Of a DNA stretch of 64,000 nucleotides, positions 61,993-64,000 are shown piece by piece. Numbering within the stretch: the first letter of the stretch is position 1; the number at the start of each line of letters is the position of its first letter. Source of the stretch: Candidatus Latescibacterota bacterium (GTDB lineage: Bacteria; Latescibacterota; UBA2968); contig OZ240241.1 of the NCBI GenBank assembly GCA_965198115.1, forward strand, positions 6,592,001 through 6,656,000. Reading direction: 5' to 3'. Position numbers and translations under genes: made by a program. The notes beneath the pieces were generated by a model. That model searched no databases. It was given only the letters and a program-made list of their open reading frames with translations, and had not been told where the DNA came from.

Positions 61993-62059
61993 TGGCAGTT
62001 GGGCGGGAAGACCAGTCTACCAAAAGGCGCGTATTCGAGGGGTTGTCCGAGAAATCAGC

Positions 62060-63270
62060 CTACTTGAGGGTGTAGATGGATCCGGACATCGATCCCTTTA
62101 CGTCATCTCCGTGCACGCCAATAACGAGACTCCCACGGGTGATGGCAACTGCCCGGCCAAGGAAGTCGAGATCGATGCCATCGGCGGCGATGAGTTTGTC
62201 GGCAGGATTCCAGCTGCTTCCGGCCTTTGTGAAGAGATAGGCCGCGCCAGCTTGCTTTCGATCGCCTCGTGCTCCGACCAGGATTCGACTGTCGGTTGCA
62301 GCGACGTCGAAGCCGAAGTATTTGTTCGCGAGAGCATCACCGGCTTCCAACGTCGTCTGGTGTTGCCAACCCTTCGAGGTTCGGCGATACACGAAGACGG
62401 CACCCGAGAAACGCCCTCTGCTCCAATATCCGTGGGATCCGATGACGGCGTGGCTTTCTGTAAGGGCGACGCTGTGACCGAACAGCTCGTGCCGTCCGCC
62501 ATCCGGTGCGAAGAGTTTCTGTTCGAGCTTCCATTCATCGCCGGCAAGACGAAAGACGTAGGCAGCCCCGGCTCTGATGCCATTCTGGTCATCCCCAAAG
62601 GCGCCCACGAGGAGTCTGTCTCCGTGTAAGCTGACGTCGAAGCCGAAGTAGTCCGCCTCCTTGCCATCGTGTGGCAGAAGCCGGCTGTGAAACCCCCACG
62701 TTTCGTTTCGCAGTTGGTAGATGTAGACGGCGCCCGCGTCGCGTCCCTGTTCCGAATCTCTGTGCGCGCCGATGGCCGCCCACGATGACTTTACGTCGAG
62801 GCTGCGGCCGTAAGCGTCGTCGCTGTCGGGGTGGGACGATCGATACCAGCGTGTCTGTGACCAGGCGTCGTCGATCCAACGATAGATGAAGACCCTTCCG
62901 CTCTGGCGCTCGACATCGATGTTTCCTCGGCTACCGACGAAGGCGTGATCGCCGTCGATGGCGACGGCGATGCCGAACTGATCGCTGGGGACCGCCGCCG
63001 GGAGCGGCGTGAGTTTGCCCTCTTCCGTCCAGGTCGTGCCCTGGCGGCGGAGGACATAGGCGCTCCCTACGTTTTCTCCCCGATCGTCATCGCCGTAGGC
63101 GCCGACGATGGCCCGGCCGTTGGACAGGTCGACGGTAGCCGAAATAGTCGTGGGCCTCACCGTCGGAGGGCGTCTGACGGCTGCTGGCTGCCATTTCGGT
63201 GACGCTGACGTCGCCGCATCCGTGAAGAAGGAGGATTGATGCGATCGAGACGCGGTGTGTGAATTGTCTT
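62060..63270 (-). CDS. FG-GAP-repeat lipoprotein; frameshift near 63140, 5' end abuts an IS630
   Basis: LLLHGC lipobox; repeated FGxxV..VGA..GAAYVF units. Confidence 0.8.
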
Positions 63271-63271
63271 A

Positions 63272-64000
63272 GTACTCCTGTTCTCAAATACGGTGACGTA
63301 TTCTAAGCAGACTTTGCCAAGGGCGTATCGTAGAACCTGAGTTTGTCGATCATCTCCGCGAGATCTGTTCGTGTGAACTTCCATTTGAAGGGTGTGGCGA
63401 TACGTCCGTAGCGTTCCTGAAAACCGAGGATTCTTGCCTCAAGCTCTTCGAGCGATGCAAATTCGATAGGTGTCAGAGCCTTGCGTTTGAGGATCGAGAA
63501 GTAGATCTCGATCTGATTGAGCCAGCTTGCGTGGATCGGAAGGTGAACGGGGTGGATGTTTGGCCACTTCCCCTGGATACGGTCGATGCATGTTTGCCCT
63601 CGGTGCGAGGAGCCATTATCCACGATGAGGTAGACTTTCTTTGCCGAGCAATAGGGTTTCCGGCTCATGATCAGGCTCAGGAGCCGGTTGAAGGGCTCGA
63701 TACCCGAAGAAGACTCACAGAGACCGAAGATTCGACCATTGTGCACGTCGAGAGCAGCCAGATAGGCCAGGGCTCCTTTCCGCTCGTATTCGTGTTTCAA
63801 CGCGTGCCGCTCTGTTCGAGGCTGGCGGTAGGGTAACGTGCTTGCGAGCTCGTGCTTGAATACTGGTCTTTTCGTCGGCAGAAAGTACATATTCCCTCGG
63901 CCCTAAAGGCTTTCCTTGCCATTGGCGGTGATACAGATCAAGGACTCTACCTGCTTTGGTTTGGAAGTCCGGGTCCCGTGGGAAAATCCAGGAGCGATGA
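63272..64000 (-). mobile_element. IS630-family element, 3' part (continues beyond the window); indels near 63800 and 63880
   Basis: SADEKTSIQAR in a shifted frame, IVDNGSSH, SWLNQIEIYF; stop at 63303; TA at 63270-71. Confidence 0.88.

Overview
GC-rich bacterial window of about 60 genes. Gene content (FlgD-like C-terminal sorting domain, many PhyH dioxygenases, DUF6785-type membrane proteins, MacB-like permeases) suggests a Latescibacterota/Gemmatimonadota-like organism; this is inference. Housekeeping and metabolic genes include proS, infA, RluA, RidA, iolE/iolD, fetAB and a TetM-like GTPase. There are five IS elements (two IS256, two IS630, one ISL3), several linked to adjacent deletions. 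About ten single-base frameshifts, many in short homopolymers, look like long-read errors. Highlights: (1) an orphan switch-complex operon (ECF sigma, zf-HC2 anti-sigma, pseudo-receiver::FliM, FliN, FliFc::FliG, FliN-like) with no other flagellar genes in the window, whose FliG has lost the stator-contacting charges, a candidate non-motor C-ring signalling module; (2) a GxxExxY nuclease-like gene flanked by inverted 9-bp-period arrays whose solo arms recur at many gene boundaries, plus other short-period repeat families; (3) a sigma54-driven tandem DUF4331 operon whose two TGTATA-N6-TATACA boxes are split by an IS630; (4) an unrecognised tandem paralog pair with an outer-membrane barrel and lipoprotein. 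No rRNA, tRNA or CRISPR array was seen. All calls come from reading motifs by eye; no database searches were run.
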